A stretch of DNA of 30,745 bases from Eubacteriales Family XIII. Incertae Sedis bacterium (GTDB taxonomy: Bacteria > Bacillota > Clostridia > Peptostreptococcales > Anaerovoracaceae), in contig JAIRTJ010000095.1 of assembly GCA_031254995.1 (NCBI GenBank), forward strand, positions 1 to 30,745, written 5' to 3'. Shown piece by piece: positions 17,869-27,721 of the stretch. The notes under the pieces were generated by a model. That model was not told the origin of the DNA. It did no database searches and saw only the letters and a program-made list of their open reading frames with translations. Position 1 is the first letter of the stretch, and the number at the start of each line of letters is the position of its first letter. Both the position numbers and the translations under genes were made by a program.

Positions 17869-19674
17869 TTACAGATAATTCATGGGGTTCTTTGGCACGC
17901 CGTTGATGTGCACCTCGAAGTGCAGATGCGGCCCCGTCGTATTCCCGGAATTTCCGCTCGTGGCGATGCGTTGTCCTTGAAATACGGACTGTCCGACGCT
18001 CACGGAGATCTTGCTGAGATGTGCGTATACCGTCAGCCTGCCGCCGCCGTGATCTATGCGGATCGTATTTCCGAGGCCGTCGCCGCGATTGCCCGCGAAT
18101 ACGACCTTGCCGCCGTCGGCCGCGTATACGGGCGCGTAACGGACGCCGATGTCGATGCCCATGTGCGTCCGTCCCCACCTGGGTCCGAAGTTCGAGGTCA
18201 CAGACCCGCTTGCGGGACGGATGAAATATCCCAGGCCGATGAGCGGCGGAAGTTCCTTCGTGCCTCGGAGCACTTGCGCGGACACGGGTTCTTCGAGTAT
18301 CTCGAAATCCAAAATCTCTCGGTTGATTTCCGAGCCGTTCACCTTCGCGATGTCGGCGGTGACCTTGCGCAGGCCGTTCACACCCGCGACCTTCTCGATC
18401 AACTCGCCCTCATAATAATTGTTCGAATCCTCGTAAATCGTCTCAAACGGGAAAGACTCCTCGTAGATGGCCGTTTCCGTCGTCAGCAGATTGATCAGGG
18501 ATCGTTGCTCTTCCATTTGAATCTCTTCGCCCTCGTGAACCAAGTCCTGATCGAGGTCGGGATTGAGCCGCTGCATCTCCTCGATCGTCACGCCGTGAGC
18601 CTGCGCGATTCCGGATACGGTGTCCCCCGCTTTCACTGTGTAGATCTTCGCTTCGATAAAGCCTTTCATGACCTCGGCGAGTACATCCCTGGGATCATCG
18701 ATATTTTCCGACATCGTCTCCGTCTCCGATATATTCACGGCTTCGAGGAACGAGATCTCCTTGAATTCCGACGGATCGCGATCCTTCAAATAATGGCTTT
18801 TCACCTCGTCTAAAATAGCGTTTGCGTCGTCGGGGTTGCTGAAGACGCCGATCTCCGCGTCGTCCGCCTCGAGGACATAACCCTTCACGCGCACCTCCTT
18901 CAGGTAGGTTAAATTGTCGAGAACATCCTCCTTCGTGTCCAAGGTCTCGACAGCCGAGGGACCCGCGACGATGACCTTTGTAAACTCGATGTCCTCCTCG
19001 TCGTCTATGATGATCTCCGCGCCGTTTTCCGCATTCAGCTTGTCTTTGACGAGAGCGACCGTTTCATAGACCTGCTCCCGATCGCGCACGATGCCCAAGA
19101 CCTTGCCCTGGTAGCTGTATTCGTATGCGGTGACGTTGTTCGATATGACAAAGGCCGTGACGACGATGAAACAAGCTGAGAAAAACCCGCCCAACAGAGC
19201 TTTTTTGTGCATATCCGAATAGACTCGCACCGTGTAGAATTTTTCGTCGAGCGCGTAAAAAGCTCTGATCGCCTCGACGCGACCGCGTCGTCCGATGATG
19301 AGCATTCGCCGAAATGCGATCGAGCGAATGCCCTCTGTTCGCTCCATGAATTGCGCGCATGCGCGCCGGGCGAAGGCGACAATCGCTTCTTTTGAAAAAT
19401 CCGCGCCCTTGAGACGAGAGATCGCGGCGCTCGCGCGCGAAATGATTTCGGACGATTTCTTTCGGAAAGTTTTCGCGACTCTCCGCAACTGCGGCAATCT
19501 GACATCAAGCAACAAGATGCGGTTCGCTTGAAGCGAAAATCCAAGTCTTCGTTGCAGATGTTTCAAAAGCAACAAAGCCGCCCGTCGTTCCGTTCCTATG
19601 CGAATCCGGAGGTTTAGGACGCCCTTTCTTACATTTTTTTTACTTTTGCCTAACAGTTCTTTTACAAAACCCAT
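17869..19674 (-). CDS. Membrane-anchored M23 metallopeptidase with LysM and G5 domains (start uncertain)
   Basis: TM segment LLGGFFSACFIVVTAFVI; LysM YTVKAGDTVSGIA; G5-like ETIYEDS...GTKE; M23 HMGID and TTGPHLHFEV. The frame is open to 19680, and no internal ATG has a convincing SD. Confidence 0.85.
   Translation of the reverse strand: MGFVKELLGKSKKNVRKGVLNLRIRIGTERRAALLLLKHLQRRLGFSLQANRILLLDVRLPQLRRVAKTFRKKSSEIISRASAAISRLKGADFSKEAIVAFARRACAQFMERTEGIRSIAFRRMLIIGRRGRVEAIRAFYALDEKFYTVRVYSDMHKKALLGGFFSACFIVVTAFVISNNVTAYEYSYQGKVLGIVRDREQVYETVALVKDKLNAENGAEIIIDDEEDIEFTKVIVAGPSAVETLDTKEDVLDNLTYLKEVRVKGYVLEADDAEIGVFSNPDDANAILDEVKSHYLKDRDPSEFKEISFLEAVNISETETMSENIDDPRDVLAEVMKGFIEAKIYTVKAGDTVSGIAQAHGVTIEEMQRLNPDLDQDLVHEGEEIQMEEQRSLINLLTTETAIYEESFPFETIYEDSNNYYEGELIEKVAGVNGLRKVTADIAKVNGSEINREILDFEILEEPVSAQVLRGTKELPPLIGLGYFIRPASGSVTSNFGPRWGRTHMGIDIGVRYAPVYAADGGKVVFAGNRGDGLGNTIRIDHGGGRLTVYAHLSKISVSVGQSVFQGQRIATSGNSGNTTGPHLHFEVHINGVPKNPMNYL
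19628..19666 (-). promoter_or_regulatory. Array of four WalR-box-like hexamers at 11-bp period
   Basis: TGTAAA-N5-TGTTAG-N5-AGTAAA-N5-TGTAAG; established WalR consensus TGTWAH-N5-TGTWAH. Confidence 0.6.
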
Positions 19675-19680
19675 GGGCAC

Positions 19681-19709
19681 ATTATACTATACGCGTGTTT
19701 TCAATTCAA
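19681..19709 (-). promoter_or_regulatory. SigA promoter of the M23-walR-walK unit
   Basis: Minus strand TTGAAT-N17-TATAAT. Confidence 0.78.
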
Positions 19710-19737
19710 ACATCTTCGCCCGATCTTCACCGGATTT

Positions 19738-20982
19738 TCACATTGTTTTCTCCGATATTTTGAAGCATGAACAACTAACCCCATTATCCAGTATGCCGGT
19801 GTCCTTACAGAGGGGGCAATGGTACAATATATCCGTGTAATTGATCGGAAATCCCGATTTTTCCATCAACGCGTCCCGCTCGGCGGCCTTCTTTTCCGCG
19901 CGGCTTTTGATCTGTGTTGCGGCGTCTTTTCGGTTGTCCGCTCCGGAAATCATGACGCCGACCAATTCCATATTCAGATCCGAGATCTCCTTATCCAGGA
20001 TTTTGATCTCGGGGCAACGCGCGTAGACTTCCGCGACTCTGCTCTTCGCCGAGTTCTCGCTGTCCAAGCGCCGCGTCTCATAGAAGCGTTTTCGGTTCGT
20101 CTTTCCGCTTGCGGCCGATGGCAAGTTCCCGCCGGATTTTTCGAAATCGCTCTCGATGATCTTCTTCACGTAGGCGAACTTGTTGTTTTTTCCGGCTGCC
20201 TTGCGACATACGTCCAATATGCTTTCGAGGCTCATGCCCATGTCGTCCAACCACAGGTCGAAGGCGCTTCGCTCCGCATCCGTGACGGAAGAGGATCCCA
20301 AGCCCAGAGCCTTCATGATCTGCTTGTATTGACCGTATCTGAGGTCGCAACGCTCCAAGTATTCGGTCACAGCCTCCTCCGTGCGCAGATTTCGTTCGTC
20401 CCAGTCCCGCACGATTCCCTCGACATAGGATGCGCCGAAGCGCTTGCCCTTCTTCACGCAATAACGATAGGCGCAAGCGATGATCTCGGGGCCGACGTCG
20501 TAATCCTCGAGCATAAATCCGATCTTCTGATAGTCGCCCCCCGGGATCGGCTTGCCCGTGATGCGCTCTATCTCCCTGAAGAGTTCTTTCAGCGCGGCGT
20601 GCCCCAGACCCGCGCCGTAGGCGGCCTTTCCCGTCTGTTTCTCGGCGGCGGCATCTCCGGCGTTGCTGAAAACTCCGCTCTTTAAGTCGATGAAGATCAC
20701 GTTGTAGCGCAGTTTGTCGTCGGGATCGGGATATATCTTGCGAATAGCCCTGTATTTTTCAAAGTACGTCCACGCCGCTGACACATCCTCGACGCTCAGA
20801 CCCAAGTTCTTCGCGATGCTCTCGTTGGAAAGGATGTGATTGATGCCGGAATACATGAAGGCATAGAGGTACACCTTTACATGATTTCCCGGCGCATCGG
20901 GCAGATATTCCGCAATGAAGATATTCGGCACCGGCGTATCATCGAGGAAATAATTTTTGGATTTTTCTCTCTTAAAATCCAT
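19738..20982 (-). CDS. dnaD: DnaD-domain replication protein (winged helix plus two DnaD/DnaB_2 domains) with a C-terminal CxxC-x11-CxC module
   Basis: PNIFIAEYLPDAPGNHVKVYLY N-terminus; YVEGIVRDW and YVKKIIES DnaD motifs; C-terminal YHCPLCKDTGILDNGVSCSC. ATG abuts the purA stop (TAAATG). Confidence 0.8.
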   Translation of the reverse strand: MDFKREKSKNYFLDDTPVPNIFIAEYLPDAPGNHVKVYLYAFMYSGINHILSNESIAKNLGLSVEDVSAAWTYFEKYRAIRKIYPDPDDKLRYNVIFIDLKSGVFSNAGDAAAEKQTGKAAYGAGLGHAALKELFREIERITGKPIPGGDYQKIGFMLEDYDVGPEIIACAYRYCVKKGKRFGASYVEGIVRDWDERNLRTEEAVTEYLERCDLRYGQYKQIMKALGLGSSSVTDAERSAFDLWLDDMGMSLESILDVCRKAAGKNNKFAYVKKIIESDFEKSGGNLPSAASGKTNRKRFYETRRLDSENSAKSRVAEVYARCPEIKILDKEISDLNMELVGVMISGADNRKDAATQIKSRAEKKAAERDALMEKSGFPINYTDILYHCPLCKDTGILDNGVSCSCFKISEKTM

Positions 20983-22269
20983 TTAAAGGATGTCCTCTCG
21001 AGCGATGGTGTGCTCCCTGCCTGAGCCGACCGAAACGATTTTAACCGGGACGCCCGCGATCTCTTCGACGGCGGAGATGTACGCCTTCGCATTTGCGGGC
21101 AGATCGTCCCACGTACGACATTCCGTCAAGCTCGCGTTCCAACCCTTCACCGTTCTGTAGAGAGGTTTGCTTCCTTTTAAAGCAACGGCGCTCGCGGGAA
21201 AATATTCGAGGATCTCGCCGTTTTTCTCATAGGCGTGGCACAGCTTGATTTCGTCGAAATCATCCAACACGTCGAGCAACATGAGCGCGAGACTCGTCAT
21301 GCCGTTTATGCGCGCGGAATGCCGCACGACGACGCCGTCAAACCAACCGCAACGCCTGGGACGACCCGTCGTGGTGCCGAACTCTCTGCCTTTTTCGCGG
21401 ATCATGTCGCCGACTTCGTCCGTCAATTCCGTGACCATCGGTCCCGCTCCGACCCTCGTGGTATACGCCTTCGTAATACCGATGACCTCGCAGGCCGTAC
21501 TCAGGCCGATGCCCGCGCCGACGGCGAATCCGCCCGACGTGGGGTGAGAAGATGTTACAAAAGGATAGGTGCCGAAATCCAAATCCAACATGGATCCCTG
21601 CGCTCCTTCGAGAAGAACCGTTTTACCCGCCGAAATCGCCTCGTGAACCATGACGCTCGTGTCGCGCACATAGGGGGCGAGCCTCTTTCCGTAGGCGACG
21701 TATTCTTCCGTGACGGCTTCCTTGTCCAGCGGCGTACCGCCGTACAGCTTTACGATGATTTCATTCTTCGCGTCAACGCGTTGAGCGAACGCCGCGCGAA
21801 AGGAGTCCTCGTCCAAGAGATCGCAGACCCTGAGGCCGCATCTCTCGACCTTGTCCGTGTAACACGGTCCTATGCCCTTCAGAGTGGTTCCGATGCTGTC
21901 TGAGCCTCGCGCCTTTTCAGCAAGCGCATCCAACGTTTTATGGTAGGGGAATACGATATGCGCCCGGTCGCTGACATAGATGCCGTCGATATTCGCGCCG
22001 CCCGCGTCGAGCTCTTCGATCTCGGAAAAGAAGTCTGCGGGATCAAAAGCCACGCCGTTGCCTATGATGTTGATCGTACCCGCGTTGAGAACGCCCGAGG
22101 GTACGAGGTGCAACGCGTATTTCTTTCCCTCGATCACAACGGTATGTCCTGCGTTGCCTCCGCCCTGCGCCCGCACGACCATATCGGCCTTGCTCGCCAG
22201 ATAGTCAATGATCTTGCCCTTACCCTCATCTCCCCATTGGGAACCTATTACCGCCGTTACGTTTTTCAT
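20983..22269 (-). CDS. purA: Adenylosuccinate synthetase
   Basis: GSQWGDEGKGK, GGGNAGHT, EGAQGSMLD, GTYPFVTSS, TTGRPRRCGW. Confidence 0.97.
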   Translation of the reverse strand: MKNVTAVIGSQWGDEGKGKIIDYLASKADMVVRAQGGGNAGHTVVIEGKKYALHLVPSGVLNAGTINIIGNGVAFDPADFFSEIEELDAGGANIDGIYVSDRAHIVFPYHKTLDALAEKARGSDSIGTTLKGIGPCYTDKVERCGLRVCDLLDEDSFRAAFAQRVDAKNEIIVKLYGGTPLDKEAVTEEYVAYGKRLAPYVRDTSVMVHEAISAGKTVLLEGAQGSMLDLDFGTYPFVTSSHPTSGGFAVGAGIGLSTACEVIGITKAYTTRVGAGPMVTELTDEVGDMIREKGREFGTTTGRPRRCGWFDGVVVRHSARINGMTSLALMLLDVLDDFDEIKLCHAYEKNGEILEYFPASAVALKGSKPLYRTVKGWNASLTECRTWDDLPANAKAYISAVEEIAGVPVKIVSVGSGREHTIAREDIL

Positions 22270-22310
22270 ATTCTCCCCATTTCTTCTATCGCGAAATATG
22301 CGCGGCCGCG

Positions 22311-23655
<1,345 letters not shown>

Positions 23656-23663
<8 letters not shown>

Positions 23664-24105
23664 TCGCTTCCACCAATACGCGAACGGTTGCGACGATCTC
23701 CGGATAGATCCTTATTTCTGCGGGATGCGTTCCGCATGTCTTTATCGGCGCGTCCAAGAGGATCTTTCGCTTATCGACGTATACGCCGTGTTGCTCGTTT
23801 ACCGCCTGAGCGATACCCTGCGCGGTGACAGAGCCGAAGAGCCTGCCGCCTTCTCCGGACTTGGTCTTGATCGTGACGCTGAGATTGTCGATCTTCTCCG
23901 CGATTTCCCTCGCCTGTTCCGTCTCCTGCGCTTTCTTCGCGGCCAAAGCGGCTTTTCGCTTTTCGAGGTTCTTCATGTTCGCTTCCGTGGCGCTTACCGC
24001 GAGATTTCTCGGAAACAGCATGTTTCTCGCATAACCGTCGTTGACCTTTACCACGTCGCCCGCTTTGCCCTTGCCTGCAACATCTTCCAATAATATTATT
24101 TTCAT
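23656..24105 (-). CDS. rplI: 50S ribosomal protein L9
   Basis: MKIILLEDV...[25 protein letters not shown]. Start placed at ATG 24105. Confidence 0.96.
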
Positions 24106-24189
24106 ACTTTTTTGCCTCATTTCCCTTTCACTGCAACTTTTGCGCTTCGTTGCCGCTCGAATTTCGCGTTGCGGCCGCGGAGCGAATCG

Positions 24190-26175
24190 TCATTTTGCGT
24201 CCGCCTCATTGATGTACTTCTTGATTTTTTTGATGACTTCCTCCGGCGTCATGTCCGTTATCTGCGCGGCCGCCATCGTCAAATGCCCGCCGCCGCCGAA
24301 TCTTTCCATGATAACCTGCACGTTGAGGTCGCCTAGCGAACGAGCGCTGACGACGACTTCTCTCTGCGTTTCACCGACCACGAAACTGGCTCGAATCCCC
24401 TTGATGTCCAAGAGCTCGTCCGCGGCCTGAGCGATGATGATCTGCGCGTTTTCGTGCTTGCCCTCGTTGCGGGAAATCGCAATCCCGTTTCGGTCGAATT
24501 TCGCATTTGCGATGATGCCGGCTCGTTGGCGAAAATCGTCAGGATCGCTCTGCAAGAGCTGACGAACTGCGGTGCTGTCTCCTCCGTTGTTGCGGAGCCA
24601 CGCCGCCGCCTCGAAAGTCCTGGCGCCCGTTTTTACGGAGAAGCTGTTCGTGTCCACGAAGATTCCCGCGAGCAACAATTCCGCTTCCGTCTTGTTGATC
24701 TTGCGTATGTCATCATCGTACTGCATGATCTCCGCGATCAATTCCGACGTGGAAGACGCGTTCGGCTCCATGAAGGTCAGGGTAGCGCTGTCGATGAATC
24801 GCTCCATCTTTCGGTGGTGGTCGATCACCACGGTCTTGTCGGTCTTTCCGAGCAGATTTCGGCATTCCGTCATGTCAGGCACATGCGTGTCTACCACGAC
24901 GAGCAGGGTATCCCTGTTTACGAGCTTCAACGCTTCCTCGCTCCTAATGAATCGGTAGCTGCCCGATTTTTCGGCTCGCTCATAGACGTCTTTCAGCGTG
25001 TGATTGTAATAATCGATCACGATGTAAGCGTCCTTGTTATTCGCAAACGCGATGCGATGTACTCCGACGGCCGCGCCGAAGGAATCCATGTCGGGATTCT
25101 TGTGACCCATTATGATCACCTGCGAGGACTGAGCGATGAGCTGTTTCAGCGCGTGCGCCATGACGCGCGATTTGCCCTTGTTTCGCTTTTCGATGACTTG
25201 CACCTTGCCGCCGAAGTAAGTCACTTTCTTGCCGCTCTTGACCACAGCCTGATCGCCGCCGCGGCCCAACGCCAGATCCAAGGCCAACACGGCGTATTCT
25301 GCCGTTTGACTCGGAGAACTGCCGTCGAGTCCCACGCCGATGCTGAGCGAAACGGGAAAGTCCGCGTCCGTTTCGATCTCGCGAATGCTGTCCAACACGG
25401 AAAATCGACTGTCGGAAAGTCCCTTGAAATATTTTCTGTCAAAGATCAAGTGGTATTGGTCTTTCTTAAAGCGCAGGACGGATGCGTCGATGCTCATCGC
25501 CCACTGCCGTATCATCGTCTCGATATTCGCGGCGATGAGCGGTCGTTTTTCGTCGGGCGACTTGGACAACAATTCGTCGTAATTGTCCACGATGATGTAG
25601 GCGAAGCACTTTTTTTCTTCGTTGTAACGGGTTTTCAGTTTTTCGTAATCCGTAGCGTCCACAAAGCACAGCAGGACGCTTTCGCTCACGGCTCTGTTCA
25701 AATAGGCCGAAAGGATGATGTAAGTCCTATCGTTCCGAACGGTTTTAAGCGGCTTTCGTTCTTCGTCGGGCTTGAACTCCTTCGATTCAAAGCCGGTGAA
25801 CGCTTTCACGTCCGCCTTTTGTTCTGCGATGTCGCGAAAGGTCTCCTTGAATCTCTCGTTCATCAGGACGATTCTCCCGTCACCTGCGACTACGCAGAGC
25901 GGCAACGGGTGATTTCGCAACGAATACTTGAGCGTCTCCTCCGCTTCCTTCCCGATGTCATCGAGCAATTTGCCGACGCGGTTCCGCTGCAACCGCGCGA
26001 TCAGCAATGAAAGGGAGACGTACAGGACGAAGAATCCCGCGGCGACGCAAATCTGAGGAATGACAAATTCCCTGTTGAAGTACGCATAGATCAGCGCGCA
26101 GAGGACGAGAGCCTGTATGATGAGCGCACTCACGACATATGGCCCCGCGATTTTTTTCAACAGCTTTTCTCTCAT
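24190..26175 (-). CDS. gdpP: Cyclic-di-AMP phosphodiesterase (TM-PAS-degenerate GGDEF-DHH/DHHA1)
   Basis: IVDNYDE, ALGRGGDQAVV, MGHKNPDMDSFGA, VIDHHRK, GIFVDT, GGGGH. Classic position upstream of rplI. Start placed at ATG 26175. Confidence 0.92.
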   Translation of the reverse strand: MREKLLKKIAGPYVVSALIIQALVLCALIYAYFNREFVIPQICVAAGFFVLYVSLSLLIARLQRNRVGKLLDDIGKEAEETLKYSLRNHPLPLCVVAGDGRIVLMNERFKETFRDIAEQKADVKAFTGFESKEFKPDEERKPLKTVRNDRTYIILSAYLNRAVSESVLLCFVDATDYEKLKTRYNEEKKCFAYIIVDNYDELLSKSPDEKRPLIAANIETMIRQWAMSIDASVLRFKKDQYHLIFDRKYFKGLSDSRFSVLDSIREIETDADFPVSLSIGVGLDGSSPSQTAEYAVLALDLALGRGGDQAVVKSGKKVTYFGGKVQVIEKRNKGKSRVMAHALKQLIAQSSQVIIMGHKNPDMDSFGAAVGVHRIAFANNKDAYIVIDYYNHTLKDVYERAEKSGSYRFIRSEEALKLVNRDTLLVVVDTHVPDMTECRNLLGKTDKTVVIDHHRKMERFIDSATLTFMEPNASSTSELIAEIMQYDDDIRKINKTEAELLLAGIFVDTNSFSVKTGARTFEAAAWLRNNGGDSTAVRQLLQSDPDDFRQRAGIIANAKFDRNGIAISRNEGKHENAQIIIAQAADELLDIKGIRASFVVGETQREVVVSARSLGDLNVQVIMERFGGGGHLTMAAAQITDMTPEEVIKKIKKYINEADAK

Positions 26176-26192
26176 GGCCGTTTTCGCCTGAA

Positions 26193-26438
26193 TCAATCCC
26201 TCACATAGGGCAACAGCGCGACGATTCTCGCTCGTTTGATGGCTCGCGCAACCTCTCTCTGATGAATCGCGCACGCGCCCGTGACGCGCTTAGGCAGTAT
26301 CTTGCCCCTGTCCGTAATGAATTTCGATAGTGTTTCAACATCCTTGTAATCGATTGCAAGGTCTCTGTCCGTGCAGAATTGGCATACTTTTTTCTTGCGC
26401 ATGCCGCCGCCTCCGCCGCGTCTTTGTCTTTCCGCCAT
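26193..26438 (-). CDS. rpsR: 30S ribosomal protein S18 (Zn-binding C+ form)
   Basis: [35 protein letters not shown]; GGAGG SD before ATG 26438. Confidence 0.97.
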   Translation of the reverse strand: MAERQRRGGGGGMRKKKVCQFCTDRDLAIDYKDVETLSKFITDRGKILPKRVTGACAIHQREVARAIKRARIVALLPYVRD

Positions 26439-26547
26439 TGTTCCCTCCGTAATCACCTGAAGCCCGGGCGATGCTCGCTCCTCGCTTCCTTTATATACAC
26501 CTCATGCAGTCTTTTGCGCCTTTCGTTTGCAACTCGCAACGGCGCGA

Positions 26548-26988
26548 TCAGAAAGGCAGATCATCGTCGTCATCCAACTCCGCAAAACCGGCGGGGGCGC
26601 CGCCCGTCGGCGCGGATCCCGCGTTTCCGGTTGCGGCAGAGCCGCCGTACTGTCCGCCGAAACTCGCGTCGCCCTCCGAGCGCTCTTTTCTGTCGAGAAA
26701 TTCCACCCGATTCGCTATGACCTCGTCGGTATAGATGCGTTGACCGTCTTTTTCGTAGCTATCGTGCCGCCACCGGCCTTCCACGCCGACCTTGCTTCCC
26801 TTTTTCAGGTATCTCTCGATGTTTTCCGCTTGCTTGCCGAACGCGGTCACGCGAATGAAATCCGCGCGATCTTCCTTCGAGAGCGGGTCGTTGACCGCGA
26901 TGGTCAACTTTGCGATGGCGAGTTGATTCGCGCCGTATCGAACCTCAGGATCCCGCGCGAGATTGCCGACCAAAATGACAATATTCAT
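26548..26988 (-). CDS. ssb: Single-stranded DNA-binding protein
   Basis: MNIVILVGNLARDPE, ADFIRVTAFGKQAE, acidic tail DDDDDLPF. Confidence 0.97.
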   Translation of the reverse strand: MNIVILVGNLARDPEVRYGANQLAIAKLTIAVNDPLSKEDRADFIRVTAFGKQAENIERYLKKGSKVGVEGRWRHDSYEKDGQRIYTDEVIANRVEFLDRKERSEGDASFGGQYGGSAATGNAGSAPTGGAPAGFAELDDDDDLPF

Positions 26989-27050
26989 AATCGTCTTCGC
27001 GTAACGTTTTCGACGTCACGCCTCTCCTTTCCTAATCGGAACTCGTCAAA

Positions 27051-27353
27051 CTAAGATGCGATTTCCTTGTCCTCGTCTTTGTTGATGATCAGATGTCTGA
27101 TCACATCGTCGGAAATTCGCAATCGCCGATCCAATTCCTTCGGAAGATCCGCGGGCGCTTTGAACTCGACCAACACGTAGTATCCGTCGTTCTTTTTGCG
27201 GATGGGATAAGCCAATTTTCGCAGACCCATCACCTCGACCTTCGTCACTTCGCCTCCGTCGGAAATGATCTCCTTGACCGTTTCGATAACCGCTTCCTTC
27301 TTTTCGTCCTCCAATGCCGCTGCAATGATGAACATGATCTCATAACGTTTCAC
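27051..27353 (-). CDS. rpsF: 30S ribosomal protein S6
   Basis: KRYEIMFI, MGLRKLAYPIRK, GYYVLVEF, LRISDDVIRHLII; GTG start with GGAGGTG SD. Confidence 0.96.
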   Translation of the reverse strand: MKRYEIMFIIAAALEDEKKEAVIETVKEIISDGGEVTKVEVMGLRKLAYPIRKKNDGYYVLVEFKAPADLPKELDRRLRISDDVIRHLIINKDEDKEIAS

Positions 27354-27360
27354 TGTTTCA

Positions 27361-27420
27361 CCTCCCTTCGGTCCGAATGGCTCCGATCTTCTCGGAGCAG
27401 AGAGCATTCGGGCAAGATGC
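27361..27420 (-). ncRNA. S6:S18-binding leader (autoregulatory cis element of rpsF-ssb-rpsR)
   Basis: mRNA pairs CCGAAUG/CAUUCGG around a GCUCCGA/UCGGAGC hairpin, followed by an unpaired CCG and the SD AAGGGAGG. This matches the described S6S18 motif layout. Confidence 0.7.
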
Positions 27421-27464
27421 CCCTTTATTCAGAATGCTTCGCGTCCTTTTTTGAACGCTATATG

Positions 27465-27493
27465 ATTATACAACACGGATGCGGAAGATGCAA
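27465..27493 (-). promoter_or_regulatory. SigA promoter of the rpsF operon
   Basis: Minus strand TTGCAT-N17-TATAAT. Confidence 0.75.
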
Positions 27494-27563
27494 ATTTTTC
27501 CGATCGAAGACGAAAGCGTGAGACGAAGCGGCATGGTCGCAACCGAAATTGCGGGCATCGCTC

Positions 27564-27592
27564 TTTAAAACGGGTTCCGATTGTGATAAACT
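27564..27592 (+). promoter_or_regulatory. Possible SigA promoter of the nitroreductase gene
   Basis: TTTAAA-N17-TAAACT with extended -10 TG. Confidence 0.35.
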
Positions 27593-27721
27593 GCATTTAT
27601 CGACACAGACGAACAGGGTAAGACGCACCCCTGCGTTTTGCGTTTCCGCGTCGCGCGTGAAGAATCCCGAAAGGAGGGATGAGGAATCCCGCCGCCGGCG
27701 GGCGATGATCCTCGGTGAATT

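Noticed and set aside
24454-26010. 518-aa plus-strand ORF opposite gdpP
   Set aside because: Antisense shadow with no motifs, promoter or RBS.
27420-27721. DnaA boxes, parS or oriC elements, given the origin-proximal gene set
   Set aside because: No TTATCCACA or TGTTTCACGTGAAACA match was seen; TTGTGATAA at 27581 is better explained as part of an extended -10.
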